From Azolla caroliniana (lineage: Eukaryota; Plantae; Polypodiophyta): DNA of 64,000 nt. The translations under genes and the position numbers were made by a program. The stretch is from contig JBHGNT010000012.1 of NCBI GenBank assembly GCA_043228905.1, positions 11,470,001 to 11,534,000 of the forward strand, given 5' to 3'. The notes beneath the pieces are model-generated. The model did no database searches, was not told the DNA's origin, and saw only the letters and a list, made by a program, of their open reading frames with translations. Positions 37,771-51,900 of this stretch are shown here, piece after piece. Numbering within the stretch: position 1 is the first letter of the stretch; every line of letters begins with the position of its first letter.

Positions 37771-39290
37771 TTGTTCTTACGAACAATTCTGCTCGCAATC
37801 CTGTGTGGTCCATCGACTTCCTATGTTGTAATTTCTTTATGACCTTCGTGACCCTAGAGGTCGTGAAGAGTGTCCCCACAGTAGGTCGGGGTGTAGAAGG
37901 CATTGGAATGGGTGGTTGGTTTGGGATTTGGTAATGTCTCTCTGTATAAGTGTGCCAAGTTTCGGGATCTTCGATGGGTGTTTGTGGTCTTGGTTCCCGT
38001 AATCTCTTTGATGCAGTGGCACAATCGCTACTCATGAGCATATGGTAGAGTTCCCAATATTGGGATGCCTCCCATGCTCGTCTCTTACGACGTGTCATCT
38101 TGCGCATTTCTTTACGAGCTTGTACTGAGGTAATACTACCACTGAGTTGCGATATTGTAAGTTGTCTATGTAAGCACCTACAATCCTCATCATACCATCT
38201 ATTTTGTGGCATAGATCCTACTTTACCTTGATTTGAGTGTTTCGTGTATGGGAAACTGCTAACTGTTGCAGAGTGAAGGATGTGTGTGAGTTTCGTACTA
38301 AGGCCCTCTAAAGGTAGGGAGGGATCAAGGGAGGAGAGATGGGCTTGAACATGTTGAGCATATATGTTAGAGAGCTCATGTGTGAAATGTATTGTGATGT
38401 CATGACGTGGTTGACTAGAGTTGGTGACATTAGAGATATTGCATTTTAGCTCGAAGTATAAGAAACTATGGTCCGCGCCAATAGGACATGGGGCCACTTG
38501 GAAGGAGTTAATCATGTGGGTAGCTTCAAGGCGTCCTATTAGATAATCAACTGTGCTTTCCCCTCCTCCATGTGGGAAACATGTGAGCTCTTTCGAACCT
38601 GGCCACTTGGCTAAACCATTATATATGACCATCTAGTGCCGACTGCCAAGTTCGAGCAAATGATGGCCAAAGCTTGTGGCGTCCGTACCTTGATCCTTTG
38701 ATCTACATGTGGTGTCTATGTCTAAAGGATCGACATTTACCATTTCTAGGTTTCTATTCATTTGAAATATTGTGTATTGTCAGGATTGGGTTCTTGCATT
38801 AAAGTCTCCTACAAGGAATACTTCTCCTTGGGAAGAATATCGGATTATGTCATCCGATAGAGGTTCATATGGGGAAGGCCCATGTGGCACTCCTTCATCA
38901 ACTAATCTCGCCTCGTCAGCCAGATTATAACGAGAGCCTTTCGGGGGGAAGTAACAAATGGCGAAAAATACTGCCTTGTCCTTGCTTGTGGAAACTTTCA
39001 CCCACATAAAACGAGCTTCTGGGTCTGTGCTCAATATTTCTATCCTATTATGTAGCTCCCTCCGAAACAATATTGCAACACTCCAGATCCCCTGGTAGTG
39101 CATCGACGTGAGGTTTGTCTAAAAGCCGACTCCCAACGAAATCCTTTGACTCGTGGGAGTCCCCTATTTGGGCTTTGGTGTGTTTCTACTAGGCAAACTA
39201 TATCTGATTCCTTTAATATCTCCTCTAGGCGGCCGGGGTGTGTCCAGAGTGCGCCGTTACAGTTCCATAAGGTCATCCTAAGTGTGTTTT
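37770..39290 (-). mobile_element. LINE ORF2 fragment (APE endonuclease plus linker)
   Basis: LWNCNG, CLVETH, GDFNART, STVDY, GADH. Confidence 0.9.
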
Positions 39291-39300
39291 CTGTCAAATT

Positions 39301-39681
39301 CGTGAATCCCACAAATATAATATACTAATCAACTCTTATAAAAAATCAACAACCATATAGTATCTAGACGTGCATGAGTAACTTTTTCTTTGTTTGCGTT
39401 TTCTTCTAAATAAAGTTTTTATGCGCTCTAAATGTGCATGGGTTGGTTTTTATAGAAATAGGTGTAAATATAAGTCTTATACCTATTAAATATATATTTA
39501 GATCACTTATGATATGTTAGTACAATGGTAAGGTTTGGGGTTTGTTTTACATGGAGGTACAAGGTCTGAATCTTGCCCTATGCATGTAACATATATTTTA
39601 ATATTTTCTTTTATTTCTTTATGCATACCTAATCAGATATTTCTTACATATTTCACGTAGTGTGCAAATTACACTACGACA
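39301..39681 (-). mobile_element. LTR fragment, same family as 34110-34969
   Basis: collinear similarity; ends CTACGACA followed by acgt. Confidence 0.75.
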
Positions 39682-41400
39682 ACGTTCGAAGGTGGTTTTG
39701 GATAGGGTGCAAACAACCTACCAAACCAAATTGAAGGAATATGAAGTGAAAGCAACCGTTGTTGCCAACCTCATCAAACAGCTTAAGAATGAAAAGGAGG
39801 CCATGAACGACAAAACAAAACTAGGCATCGATAGAATCCGGATGATCGTCGCGGCACGAAGGGACCGGACAAAGACAAGGATAGACGATTGTTCGACGAC
39901 GGTTTGGAATCAATGGTCGCGACAAGCGGCGGAACTCCTAATACTCCAGGCGGATATGGAGAACCAAAAAAAGGTCGGTTACCATTTGTACAAAATGGAT
40001 GAAGAAAGCATTGTTATCATCCAGGAAGAATTGTCGGATGACTTGTATGCCTTGGCCGAAACACAAATTGAGCCTGTCATCGAAGGGCTTGAAGGTCATC
40101 GAAAGGCTTGAAGATGATCAACTCGACACGTGGCTGCAGTTCGAGAGGTATGAGTAGGAGTGCCAGTGGAAGAAAGCGGAAAGGCGAGCGGAGGCCATTA
40201 ATTTTAGTGATGAGGAGGCACAACCACAACCACAACTACCTGAGTTGCAACCCGATCAACAACCAAAAAGGGCCGGAAATAAGCAAGTGGAAGGGGTTGG
40301 AATGACACAACCAAAAGGAGCTGGAAATGACCCAGCAGGAAGGAGCCGGAGTGCAGCAACAAGAACAATAGTAGTCAGAGGTGCAACAACAACGGATGGA
40401 AGAACCACTCGAGCCTTTGGATCAAAGTAATCTGGACATACTGGACAAGGATTGAGGGAACTGACCTGTGGGTTCGATGTGCAATGCACTGTCCCACGGG
40501 CGTGCCTAGCAATGGCTGCGGTTCGGTTTCTTGGCCTTGAAACCAAACCAAACTGTTTAAATCTTATGAAGCCATTTAAATTGAACCGTTTAGAGTCGAA
40601 CCGTTTAAACCAAACTGTTTATGAAAAATTTAGAACCATACCAAATTGATTTATCATAAATCAAAACCAAACCAAACTGATAAACCTTTAAACCTTCAAA
40701 ACTTTTAAACCTTTAAACCAAACCACATAATCCGAAACCGTTAAACCGTGAAATTCAAAACCGAACCGAACCGAATCCAATAAACCAATAAGCCGCTAAA
40801 CCATGAAATTCAAAACCGAACAGAACTAAAACCAAACTGGATCATAATATTTGAAACCAAACCAAATGGTTTACTTATCTTTGAACCAATAAACCATTAA
40901 GCCATGGCTTAACGGTTTGGCTCGGTTTGAGCTGAAACCGTGCCCATTGCTAGGCGTGCCATGTGTTGGCCTAGAGTAGGATCCGGAGAGTGAATGTGTG
41001 CAAGGATGAGTCGGAGAACAATTTTATGATTAGGAGCATAATTATTTGTTAAGAAATATTATAGGAACGAACGGATCCAGATAGTTGTATCGATCCGGAT
41101 CCGCATCCATTAATAGTGCCGGTAGCCGGTGATGCACCGTTTTTTATTTCCTATTGGATGCCGATAAAAGGGTCTGGAATCGATGTAATTGGTTTAATGG
41201 AAGTAATATGAGATTAGAGTTTTGTTTTTATTATATTGTGTTTCTATGTGCTTATCATTCTGCGCTTCAATTGTTAATCTTACGTGTGTGATAACTAATC
41301 TTCTTTGCCCTAACAACCCGAAGTAACAGGAATTAATCGGATATCCGGACCACATCCATCCCTTAACCACGCCTTTGGTGAAATGTTCCGGAATGGACAC
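39682..41400 (+). repeat. inverted second copy of the coiled-coil ORF 3' part and its downstream sequence
   Basis: reverse complement matches 54198-54330 plus 47880-48983. Confidence 0.88.
40507..40952. mobile_element. hAT-type MITE, 446 bp
   Basis: TIR TAGCAATGG/CCATTGCTA, 8-bp TSD ggcgtgcc, many AAACC(G/A) subterminal motifs; empty site at ~48300. Confidence 0.92.
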
Positions 41401-42082
41401 CGTGTGTTTGAGGCTAAGTCCAACCCAGAGTAAACACTTGGCTTCGACGATCTTGTGGAGAGCTCCGTGAAGGTCTCTCTCTACCGGCTAGCCATGGCCG
41501 TATGTCCGCCAGCTACCGGACCCTCGATTTGGCCGGTTTCCGGACGCCGTCCGTGTCGTTTGCCAGCTCTATCGGACATCAACCATCTTTGTTCAGCTGT
41601 GGCTCGACGGCTGCCAAACTTAGTCCAGCCTCTGCTGTTCGGTAGCCGGCTCTATCTTCATCCATCCACTCTGTTGAATGTCATCCGTCCGCTCTGTCGT
41701 CAGTTGCCATTCATATGCCATCTCTTAGCTAGCCGTTTCTATCCGGTCGGCCGTTTGTTCCGGTCGTCTCCCAGTCTGGATAGCTTTTTTTTTGTTTTGT
41801 TACTCATCTATTGTTGTTTTCTTCATAATGAAATCATTTTCTGATATGATTCCATCCATTTTCTCTTCCTCACCATCAAATAGAAACCATTTTCTATAGA
41901 AGTACTTTCTAGAGCTATGGCTTCCATATTTTCATCAGAACTGTTTGGTTCCTCAACATTCTTCTTAACAATACTTTGCTTCAGTACATTGCATTCATTT
42001 TCCGAGTTTCTAATACCCCTGGAAACTTGATGCAGAGCAGTTTGGCTTAGTTCATAGCCATGAATGTGTACAATATCGTATG

Positions 42083-42727
42083 TGTAGGTATTTATTCCCT
42101 TCTATTCGTGAGAAAGACCGACTGTGTAATTGACAATATCACGGAAGGACAGAAACACAACAAATACATAGAATACACAGTTTTATGTGCAAACCCTAAA
42201 CGGAGAAAAACCACGGGAATAGAGATTCCACTATACATGAGAATACAAAAAACGGTTACAATATTCTCTAATACACACAGAGGATAACCCTCTCAGGGTT
42301 CTTAGGAAGTTCACGAACTTTGTTGTCGCTCTCTCGCGCTCACACACACTCTCTTCTCTATCGCTCTCACTACAACAAAGGGTAGCGACTATTTTATTAT
42401 CACTTACTTAATGTTTGCCCTAAGCGTATTTATACTTATACATTGTATGGGATATTTACAAATGTAGCCAGTGCTACTGTCATTCCTATTATAGCAATAA
42501 TAGTTATTCAGCCGACAGGATTCGACTAGTCGACTCTAGTGTTGACTGTCTAGTTGGCCCGACTAGTCGGCCTTATCTTCGACCATCCGGTCGGCTTGAC
42601 TAGTCAGTTGTGTCTTCAACTTGGACTCTCCCTTTGTTGACTCCCCCAGTCGACTCTGCATGTCTTCGACTGTTGGCACTCGGCACGACTAGTTGGTTGC
42701 ACCCATAGGAGGGACATATTCCTAACA
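42083..42727 (-). mobile_element. copia solo LTR
   Basis: TGTTAGGAATATGTCCCTCC start on the - strand; perfect TSD gtatg. Confidence 0.9.
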
Positions 42728-43299
42728 GTATGCACCATCATCTTCTTCTTCTATGACTTCATGCTCATCCTCCAAATCGATAACAACATGCTGACATGGA
42801 TCATTTTCTCAAACTATTCCATGGCTTTCTCTACTTTCTTGCAGCACTATACCACTGCTTTTCATCACTAATGCACTTTCCTTCTTAGATCCATCTTTTC
42901 CATAGATATTCATGGAGAAATGGCCTTTTGAGACAAGTTTGAAGACCAGAACATTTCCTTTGATAAAAATGATCAAAACAAATTTTTCCCAGCCTTTTAT
43001 GAAGAAAAGGTCTTTTTTTCCGTTACCTTCTATTGAAACAGGCCATATCTAGCCACTCATACCTTCTAATTGTGTTTCTGTAGAGCTGAAATGCCTAGTT
43101 GATTCCATGGAAAGCTTGGAATAGAGGTATGTTTCCTCCATTTCTACAAGAAACACCGTCAGTATTCTCATGGAGTCAGCTTGGAACAAGGTGAAAAAGG
43201 AAGGGGAGGATGAGGAAAGGGTGGGAGAGACCAAAAATATTACATTTCACAGGATACGTGTGAAAGTGAGTAGTGATTCTCGATGTTCAAGAACTTTAC

Positions 43300-45897
43300 C
43301 AATGAATGTTGCAATCGAGAGTGCACATTGTGGTTGTGAGAGGAATTCATGCAAGGATTGGGCTCGGTCGAAGAGATGTGGAAAGCATGGTCGAATATGA
43401 TCAAAGGCAGAGCATTGTATCAAAGTGTGTTACTCAGACTCACGAACTTGTTTAGGGCAAAGTGTGCATAGTCGACCACTCTCATCACCTGTGCCCCAAT
43501 GCCTTGTCTCACATCGCAATACATGTGAGCTAAGTCGCATGGATGCCAAGGTTCAAATGACAAATAACGGTATGGGCTCTAACATGTATCGATGTGTACG
43601 AATTCCCCGTTCTGCAAAGAATATGTTTTGTAGTTAGGTGTAACATGTGTAGTATAATGTGTGAAGTGTGAGCCTCCACATTTGTCCCATGTCATGATAC
43701 ATTGGCATTGCAAAAATGCCTCATTTACAGAGGAATCTAATGATGCATCATGAAGCAAGTGTCTTGCATCCCATCTACCAAACCATTTTTCTATATCTTG
43801 CAGCCAACCAGAACACAAAAATTTGCTTTTATGCGTCTTTTGGATCTTTTTGCAATGATCTCAATCGGAAGCGATCCCATCTCAAGGTGCAGGGTGTAGG
43901 GTGTTTTGTTTCTTAACTTGTAGAAACTTTGTAAGAAATTGTTTTTGGACATTTTCAAACTCTTTCCACATAGATTTAGGGATGCTACCACCCTATACTT
44001 CCACCCCATAGAGAAGAACCAGTATCACCAAAGTGTCGAAAAGATATTTCTTGAGGACCCAACACATAATATCTCCAAGATTGCATGTGTTCTCAAATGC
44101 ATAGTATGCTCGCTTACTCGCTTCTAAGCGACGTGTAGCACATTCATTCCATCTATGATTTGAAGGAACTTCAAGGCCAAGAGATTTGAAGCTTTCCACA
44201 TATTCAAGTGACTCATTATTGTACATAATGCATGGTTTATCTCTTTTTTGGCTCTTCATAAGCATAACCTTTGTTTTAGAGCTATTGCCACTTAATTTAG
44301 TATGCATGCAAAATTTTTCCAATGAATTCATAAACTTTTGTGCATCTCCTAAAGTATTTGCAAAAAGCACTACATCATCTGCATATAACAAAAGAATAAT
44401 CACAACATTCCCAATGACAACTTCTTCAACACATTCTTCCTTTGCAAACTTGGTAACCATTTCTTCCAATTCATCAATGCATAGACCAAATACTGTTGGT
44501 GAGAGTGGGAATCCTTGCTTAACACCAATAGTGCTTTTGAAAAAATCTGAAAGTTGATCTCTCATGCACACAGAACATATAACCTTCTCATAAATTCAGG
44601 AAATTGCAAGCATATATTCACTTGGCACCTCAAGTTCGTCCATTTGCCTCCAAAGATGCTCACGGGGTACCATATCAAAAGCTTTCTTGAAGTCTACAAA
44701 GCAACAATATAAACCTTTACCTCTAATGCCAATTTCCTCCATTAATACTCGAAGGGTGACAAGGTGATCAATGGTGCTATGGTGTTTTCAAAAGCCAGCT
44801 TGTCCATAAGCTCTCTTACCATTTTTTCAGTCCATACACTTATCTTTGATTCCATTATACACCCAAACAGTTTTGCCATTAATGAGCCAACCATGATGGT
44901 TTGATAGTTGTTTACATTATTTACATCTCCGCCTTTATGTAAAGGTTTGATCCAATTTGTAGTCCAATCGTACCATGTTGCAATGCATCATTAAACATAT
45001 CGCTTATCCATACATGTGCTTCCTTTCCCGTCCATTTGAGCATTTCAGCCTTTATACATTGAAGATCGCTTGCCTTTCGAGAGGCCAATTTCTTAAGTCC
45101 TATGCATATATCTTCAATTGTAAAGAAGGGAGGCATATGTGAAAGAGAACCATAACACATCATCTTTCTGGCACAAGATAACTCATATAAATTCTTACAA
45201 TGCATAGACAAGTCGTGAAGAGTTAAGTCACCATAACTCTCAACACGTTTCCCCTTTAGATTTCCCCAAAATTTAGCACATGCATGTGCTTTCTCTTGCG
45301 TTTGGATAAATTGTTGAGTAACTTCCCATATTCTTCTCTTTCTTTGAATAAGACTTTTATACTCATGCAAATGGTTTTGATAATTCTCTTTATCCTTAAC
45401 TACATCCAAAACCATAAGGCACTTTCGATCTTCGCGACATTCTTTATCAAACCATTTTTTCCTAAGTTTCTTGTTGCATTTCCAAGATGTGCTGTTGGTC
45501 GAAAAACATTTGTTTGTACAAGAGAGAATGACTTTCTTGAAAGCTTCCCATTTGCATTCTAGTGTGGCACCATGTTGTATCTTTGTCATTTGTAACATAT
45601 CCTCAATCATCTTGGAATACATGGGCACTCGCTTAAGGTTCACACTCAAGTGCGGTTGTTTATTATCTTCAAGAGCCTTCTCACAATGAAACCTATGCAT
45701 ACATTTGAGATCAATACATAAAGGCCTATGATCAGATTCCGGTGTCCATTCACCAAGTCAGAATTTATGTATACGATCCAAAATACCTTCAGAAAGTAGC
45801 ACATAGTCAATCACACTATTTCCGTTGTGTTTTCTACATGTAAAACCATTAGTGTTAGGCCATAAGGAAATACCATTTGCAATAAGAAATCCAGTAC

Positions 45898-45900
<3 letters not shown>
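43300..45900 (-). mobile_element. LINE ORF2 (endonuclease end, RT, C-terminal Cys motif), RTE/RTEX-like, degenerate
   Basis: SVIDY, FVDFKKAFD, GVKQGFPLSP, LLYADD, LLYGVEVW. Confidence 0.9.
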
Positions 45901-45940
<40 letters not shown>

Positions 45941-46298
45941 TTTAGGAAAAGATCTTTGATCTAATGAAGAGGAGCTCGAAATGTGCACAAGGTTGTGAAA
46001 GCTTCAAGCATAGAAAGGGAGAGAAGGGAAAAAGTGCAGAGAAAGTAATCGAAAGGGATTGAGAGAGGGAAAGGAGAGGGTGACTTCTTCTCAAGGGAGG
46101 GTCAGTCCCACCAAGTGTGCCAGTGTTTATGGGTGGGGTGTGGAGCCGAGAGGAGAGGGTGACTTCTTCTTAAGGAAGGGTCAATCCCACCAAGCGTGCC
46201 AGTGTTATGGGTGGGGGGTGGAGCCGTTCAAGGGGGGACGTGTGAGGGAGAGAGAGAGAGAGAGAGAGTGAGAGTGAGAGTGAGTGAGAGTGAGAGTG
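45901..46298. repeat. (GA)n / (GAGAGT)n tracts flanking a ~75-bp duplicated unit
   Basis: direct inspection. Confidence 0.85.
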
Positions 46299-46299
46299 A

Positions 46300-47442
46300 T
46301 AGAATTGCAGCTTCGTGGTGACATGTTGTTAATAGTGCTAGACAATTTAGGTGTTCAGAATCTAGTATGGTTCAACAATTGGTGCTTTCTTGGCAGCGGT
46401 GTTTGAAGTTGTTTAATTGGAGGCCTCCTGAGTGCAGAAAAGATATAAATTCATTGGTAGTAGAGGTGTTGGCAGCTTCAAGGATATTACACTGGGAGGG
46501 AAAAAAAAGTTTAAATTCACAGCTCAATTGAATGGCAAGGCTAGGTTTTGTAACTGTAGAAGATGGTATTTTAGAGTTATGTTGGAAAATGATGGGTTTT
46601 CAGACAATCAGAAATAAGTTTCATATACCACGTGCATATGGGTATATATGGCAATCAATATTGGCATTGCCTAGATTAAGTTTCCCAATTCCAGAGTTGG
46701 TGGTATAGGAACCATGGGAAGATTGGTCATTTGGTAATGGGAAATCGATTTATGTGGTGCACACTAATGATGTGTACCATAAGTTGGTTGAAGATAGAGC
46801 TTGGTTAGCAAATAAGGTGTTGGATACATGGAGCATTACTAGAAATGTAAAGTGGTGGCATAGAGTTTTAGATTCAAGGTGCAAAGGCATTTCTTTGGTG
46901 TGCCATAGTTGGTGGGTTGCCTTTGGCGATGGCCTTAAAACGAAGACATATTTCGAATGGGACATGTTTTTTCTGTACGGTGGTTGAAGAAGATGCCAAA
47001 CATAGGTTCATTACATGTTCGGTTGCTAAGGCCATTTGGGTGATTATGTCACAAATTTGGGCATCGATAACAAGAAATATTTTGTCACCTTATAAATGGG
47101 TTTTTATGGATGAGGATAAAGTTATGCCCACACCATCGTATAAGGTGGTTTTTTATTACCTTAGATATTGGGGGATGTGGTTTAACTGGACCAAGAGAAA
47201 TGAGTTCTTGTTTGATGGACTTCATGGGATAACACACCAACTCTGTGGGATGAAAGGGAAATTGATTTGGAAATTTTCACAACTATGTTGTATGGGGATC
47301 TTGTCCTAAGAGGAGATAGACTTATGCCATCTAGTTTTACAACACTTGGGAGGGTTTCCCTTGCACTATCACTATTTATGAAGTAGTGAAGATACCAAGA
47401 GCTGTATTATCATCTTAATTTAATAACAAACATTCATTTACA
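46300..47442 (+). mobile_element. 5'-truncated L1-clade LINE 3' end (zf-RVT)
   Basis: CFFCTVVEEDAKHRFITCSVAKAIW...WFNWTKRNEFLF; ends at (GA)n. Confidence 0.75.
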
Positions 47443-48983
47443 AGAGAGAGAGAGAGAGAGAGAAACAAAGACACACACCAAAATGAAAGGAAAAATGTAT
47501 CTTGCATTAAATAAGGGATTTTAGTACATAATGTAACAGTTACTAATATGACCGTCGTCGTGAAGGATTATGGCCACAGAGGAAAACGAAGCGAGACACG
47601 CTGGAATGGGTGTTTACACGGATGTACAAAGTTTAACCTTTATGTGTGAAACATGTAATAACATTGGACTAGTAATTACTAGGTAGTAGGGTTAATGGGC
47701 ACTTTAAACACCGCACGAATAGAGAGGAATGTGGGAGTTTGACGTTAGGGAATTGAGGAAAATCTCTGTCGGAAGCGGCTGACTTAACTATATCTGATGT
47801 AACAACTCTCTCTCTCCTTGGGCTATAAAAGGAGGGAGAAAAGACTGAGAAAGGGATCCAGGTGGGAGAAAGCGACACTTCACCAAAGGGGTGGTTAAGG
47901 GATGGATGTGATCCGGATATCCGATTAATTCCTATTACTTTGGTTTGTTAGGGCAAAGCAGATTAGTTATCACACATGTAAGATTAACAATTGAAGCGCA
48001 GAATGGCAAGTACATAGAGACACAATATAATTAAAACAGAACACTAAACTCATATTACTTCCGTTAAACCAATTACATCGATTGTGGACACTTTTATAGG
48101 CATACGATAGGAAATACAAAATGGTGCCTCACCAGCTACCGACACTATTAATCAATGCGGATCTGGATGGATACAACTATCTAGATCCGTTCATTCCTAT
48201 AATATTTCTTAACAAATAATTATGCTCCTAATTATAATATTATTCTCCGACTTGTCGTTGCACACATTCAGTCTCCGGATCCTACTCTAGGCCAACACAT
48301 GGCACACCCATGGGACAGTGCATTGCACGTCGAACCCACGGGTCAGCTCCCTCAATCCTCGTCCAGTATGTCCAAGATACTTTGATCCAAAGGCTCAAGT
48401 GGTTCTTCCATCCACTATTGTTGCTCCTCCGACTACTGTTGTTGTTGTTGCTCCACTCCAGCTCCTTCCTGCTAGTCTTTTCTAGCTCCTTCCAGTTGTG
48501 TCATTCCGCCCCTTCTATTTTCTCCTTTGCGGCCCTTTTTGGCTGCTGATCCGGTTGCAACTTAGGAAGCTTTGGCTGTGGTTGTGCCTCCTCATCACTA
48601 ACGTTAATGGCCTCCACTCGCCTTTTTGCTTCCTTCCACCGACGCTCCTGCTCATACCTCTCAAATTGCAGTTGCGTGTCGAGTTGATCATCTTCAAGCC
48701 CTTTGATGAGCTTTTGGACAGCCTCAATTTGTGTTTCAGCCAAGGCATAAAAGTCATCCGACAATTCCTCCCGGATGGTAACAATGCTTTCTTCATCCAT
48801 TTTGTAAAAATGGTAGTCGGCCTTTTTTCGGTTCTCTGCATCCGCCTGGAGTATCTGGAGTTCCGCCGCTTGTCACGACCATTGATTCCAAACCTTCATC
48901 GAACAATCATCTATCGTTGTCTTTGTCTGGTCCCTCCATGTTGCGACGATCATCCGGATTCTATTGATGCCCAATTTTGTTTT

Positions 48984-51900
48984 TGTAAGAAATAGAGCGG
49001 AATATTGCTCGGCCACAACCGAGTCTTGAATCACTTCGATGAGAATCAAACATAGATATGGGAAGTAGGGAGTGAACGCACATACACACACAAACAACGA
49101 TAGAGAACACAGGATGTTTACGTGGAAAACCCTAAATAAGGAAAAACCACGGGAGCCCACAAACTCCAAACTATCACTATATGAGCAAGGTACAATTAGA
49201 GACTCGGAGGCAATGACCTCAAGCTCTGTATCTTCGTCAAGCGACGGTTACAACAAAGTATCACTTTGTGTCTCACTCTGTCTCTCTCTGTTGCTCTCTA
49301 TACAACAATAATAATGACCACTCACAATAATATCACCTCACTCAAAGTGATTGCCCTAAGTCATATGACTTTAGGTCTATTTACAAATATAGCCTCAATG
49401 GGCTTACTCTAACATATTTACAAATATGTCCTTGGATCCAGTTTGCACCGGATCCATCCGGTTTCCGAGTCTCATCCAGAACCCTTCCAGATCTGGTTCC
49501 TTCATCCAGCTCATCTAGTTCTCATCTGGATCCATTCCGGAGGGATCGAATTCCCAACAAACTCCCCCTTCACTTCAGCATGGGATTTCTCGTTAATCCA
49601 GTTGGTCAGTTAAAAGCACCTTGGTCAACATATATGTTCTATTCTCCTTCGTGTGGATCTTCATCAGCACGAAGTCTTGATCTTTTACCTTCTTCCGGAA
49701 CTAGTGATATCTCCTATAGATGTGCTTGGTCCGGGAATGGTAGGCCGCATTCTTCGCAAGGTGGATGGCACTTTGACCGTCGCAGGAGAACCGGTATACC
49801 TCTTGTCGGATCCCTAGCTCTCCGATGAAGTTCTTCATCCAGATTACTTCCTTGCTGACTTCCACAACTGCCATGTACTTCGCTTCCATTGTTGATAGTA
49901 CCACAGGGTTCTGCAGCCTCGACTGCCACGATACGGCTCCCCCTGCATAAGTCATGACATATCCAGATGTAGACTAGCTGGTATCCGCATCAGCCGACAT
50001 ATCCAAATCCGTGAATCTGTCGAGTTGGGGTTTACCGAAACCAAACCGGAGGCACATACTCGAGGTGCCTTTCAAATACCGGAGTATCCACCTGACCGCG
50101 TTTCCAGTGCTCTCTTCCCGGATTGCTCATGAACCAGCTCGGCTGACTACTCTAACAACATATGCAATATCCGGCCGGGTGCACACCATTCGTACATTAA
50201 GCTTCCGACGACAGAGGCATATGGTATCTTCATCATATCCGCCTTCTTTGCCTTTGTCTTCGAGCTTTGCTTTCCAGACAATCTATAGTTTGTCGGGAGT
50301 GTTGATCCGACCGGTTTCGTCTCCGACATGTTGAACCTTTGGAGTACCTTTGTCACGTACTTTTCCCATGACAACCACAACAGCTTCTTCGACCGGTCCC
50401 GGATGATGTGCATTCCCAATATCTGTCTTTCCGGACCCAAGTCTTTCATTGAGAAGGTCTGGGTCAAAGCCTTCTTCAGCATCCGTATCTTGACTTCGTC
50501 TCGTCCGACGATTAGCATATCATCCACATAAAGGAGGAGTATCAGGATATCTCCTCTGTCGAATTTCTTCACAAACACGCAGTGATCAGCCTGCGTCTTG
50601 TGGTACCCTTGGTTCATCATGAAGGAGTCAAACTTCTAGTACCATTGCTAGGGATCTTGCTTCAATCCGTATAGGCTCTTCTTCAACTGGCACACCAAGT
50701 GCTCCTTCCCTTTCTTCACAAATCCTTCTAGTTGCTGCATGTAGATCTCCTCTTCGAGGTCACCATGGAGGAACGTCGTCTTGACGTCTAGTTGCTCTAC
50801 CTCAAGGTCCATGCTTGCCGCTATGCTCAGCATCGTCCAGATAGAAGTCATCTTAACTATCGGGGCAAAAATCTCATCGAAGTCCACTCCCTTCTTCTAC
50901 TGGAAACCCTTCACTACAATTCGGGCTTTGTATCTTGACGGGTTTCCGGCATCTCCTAGTTTCAGCTTGTACACCCACTTGTTCCGGAGTGTTCTCTTCC
51001 CTTTCGGCAACTCCGTCAGTTCATATGTGTGGTTCTCATGCAGGGAATCCATCTCATCCACTTGCGGTTGTGTGTGGGTGTCTCTCTTTCCTTCTTCGAA
51101 GCTTTCCGGCTCCCCCTCATCGGTTAGCAACACATGCTCTGCATCCGGAAATCTCCGGGGGGCTCTCCTCTCGCTTAGAGGGTATCTCCGTCCTTGGTTT
51201 TCGGCAACCAGTTCCTTTGTTTGTTCTTCATCTGAATCCGTTTCGGGGTCTTGACCGGTTCCGGTTTCAGCTTCCTCTTCTTCTTCTTCGGTCGGTTCGG
51301 TTTCTACTCCAAATCCGGTTGGTTCGTCGAGTTTCATCTGGTTATCGTCTAACATCCGGTTTTCAACCAGGTAAGTCCTTGTGTCATCAAGCCGATTTTC
51401 ATTGGATGATCTAGAGTTCATGACCTTCTTCTCTGACTCCCAGTCGGCAATGGTCCTGTCTTCCATGAAGACTATGTCCGGACTCCGGAACACCTTCTTG
51501 TCTACCAAATCCCACACCTAGTAACCGAACTCATCATTGCCATATCCAAGGAATATGCATGGCCTGGACTTCGGATCCACCTTTGCTCTCTTGTCCTTTG
51601 CGACATGCACATATGTGAGACAGCCAAACACCTTCAGATGTCGGTAAGTTACATCTTTACCGATCCATACTTTCTGACGTGAATCTCCTTCCAAGGGTGC
51701 TGAGGGTGATCTATTTATCACATAGGTAGTTGTCATCAGTGCCTCAGCCCAAAACGTCTTGGATAGCTTGGCATGTGCTAGCATGCTTCAGACTCTCTCC
51801 ATTATGGTCTAGTTCATCCGTTCGGCCAGCCCGATCAATTTCGGCGTCTTCAGCATGGTAAATTTAAGTCGTATTCCCTTCAACCGGCAGTACTCCTCAA

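Noticed and set aside
39682-48983. Large terminal inverted repeats of a DNA transposon
   Set aside because: They are two diverged copies of one retroelement segment in opposite orientation, with no TSD or transposase
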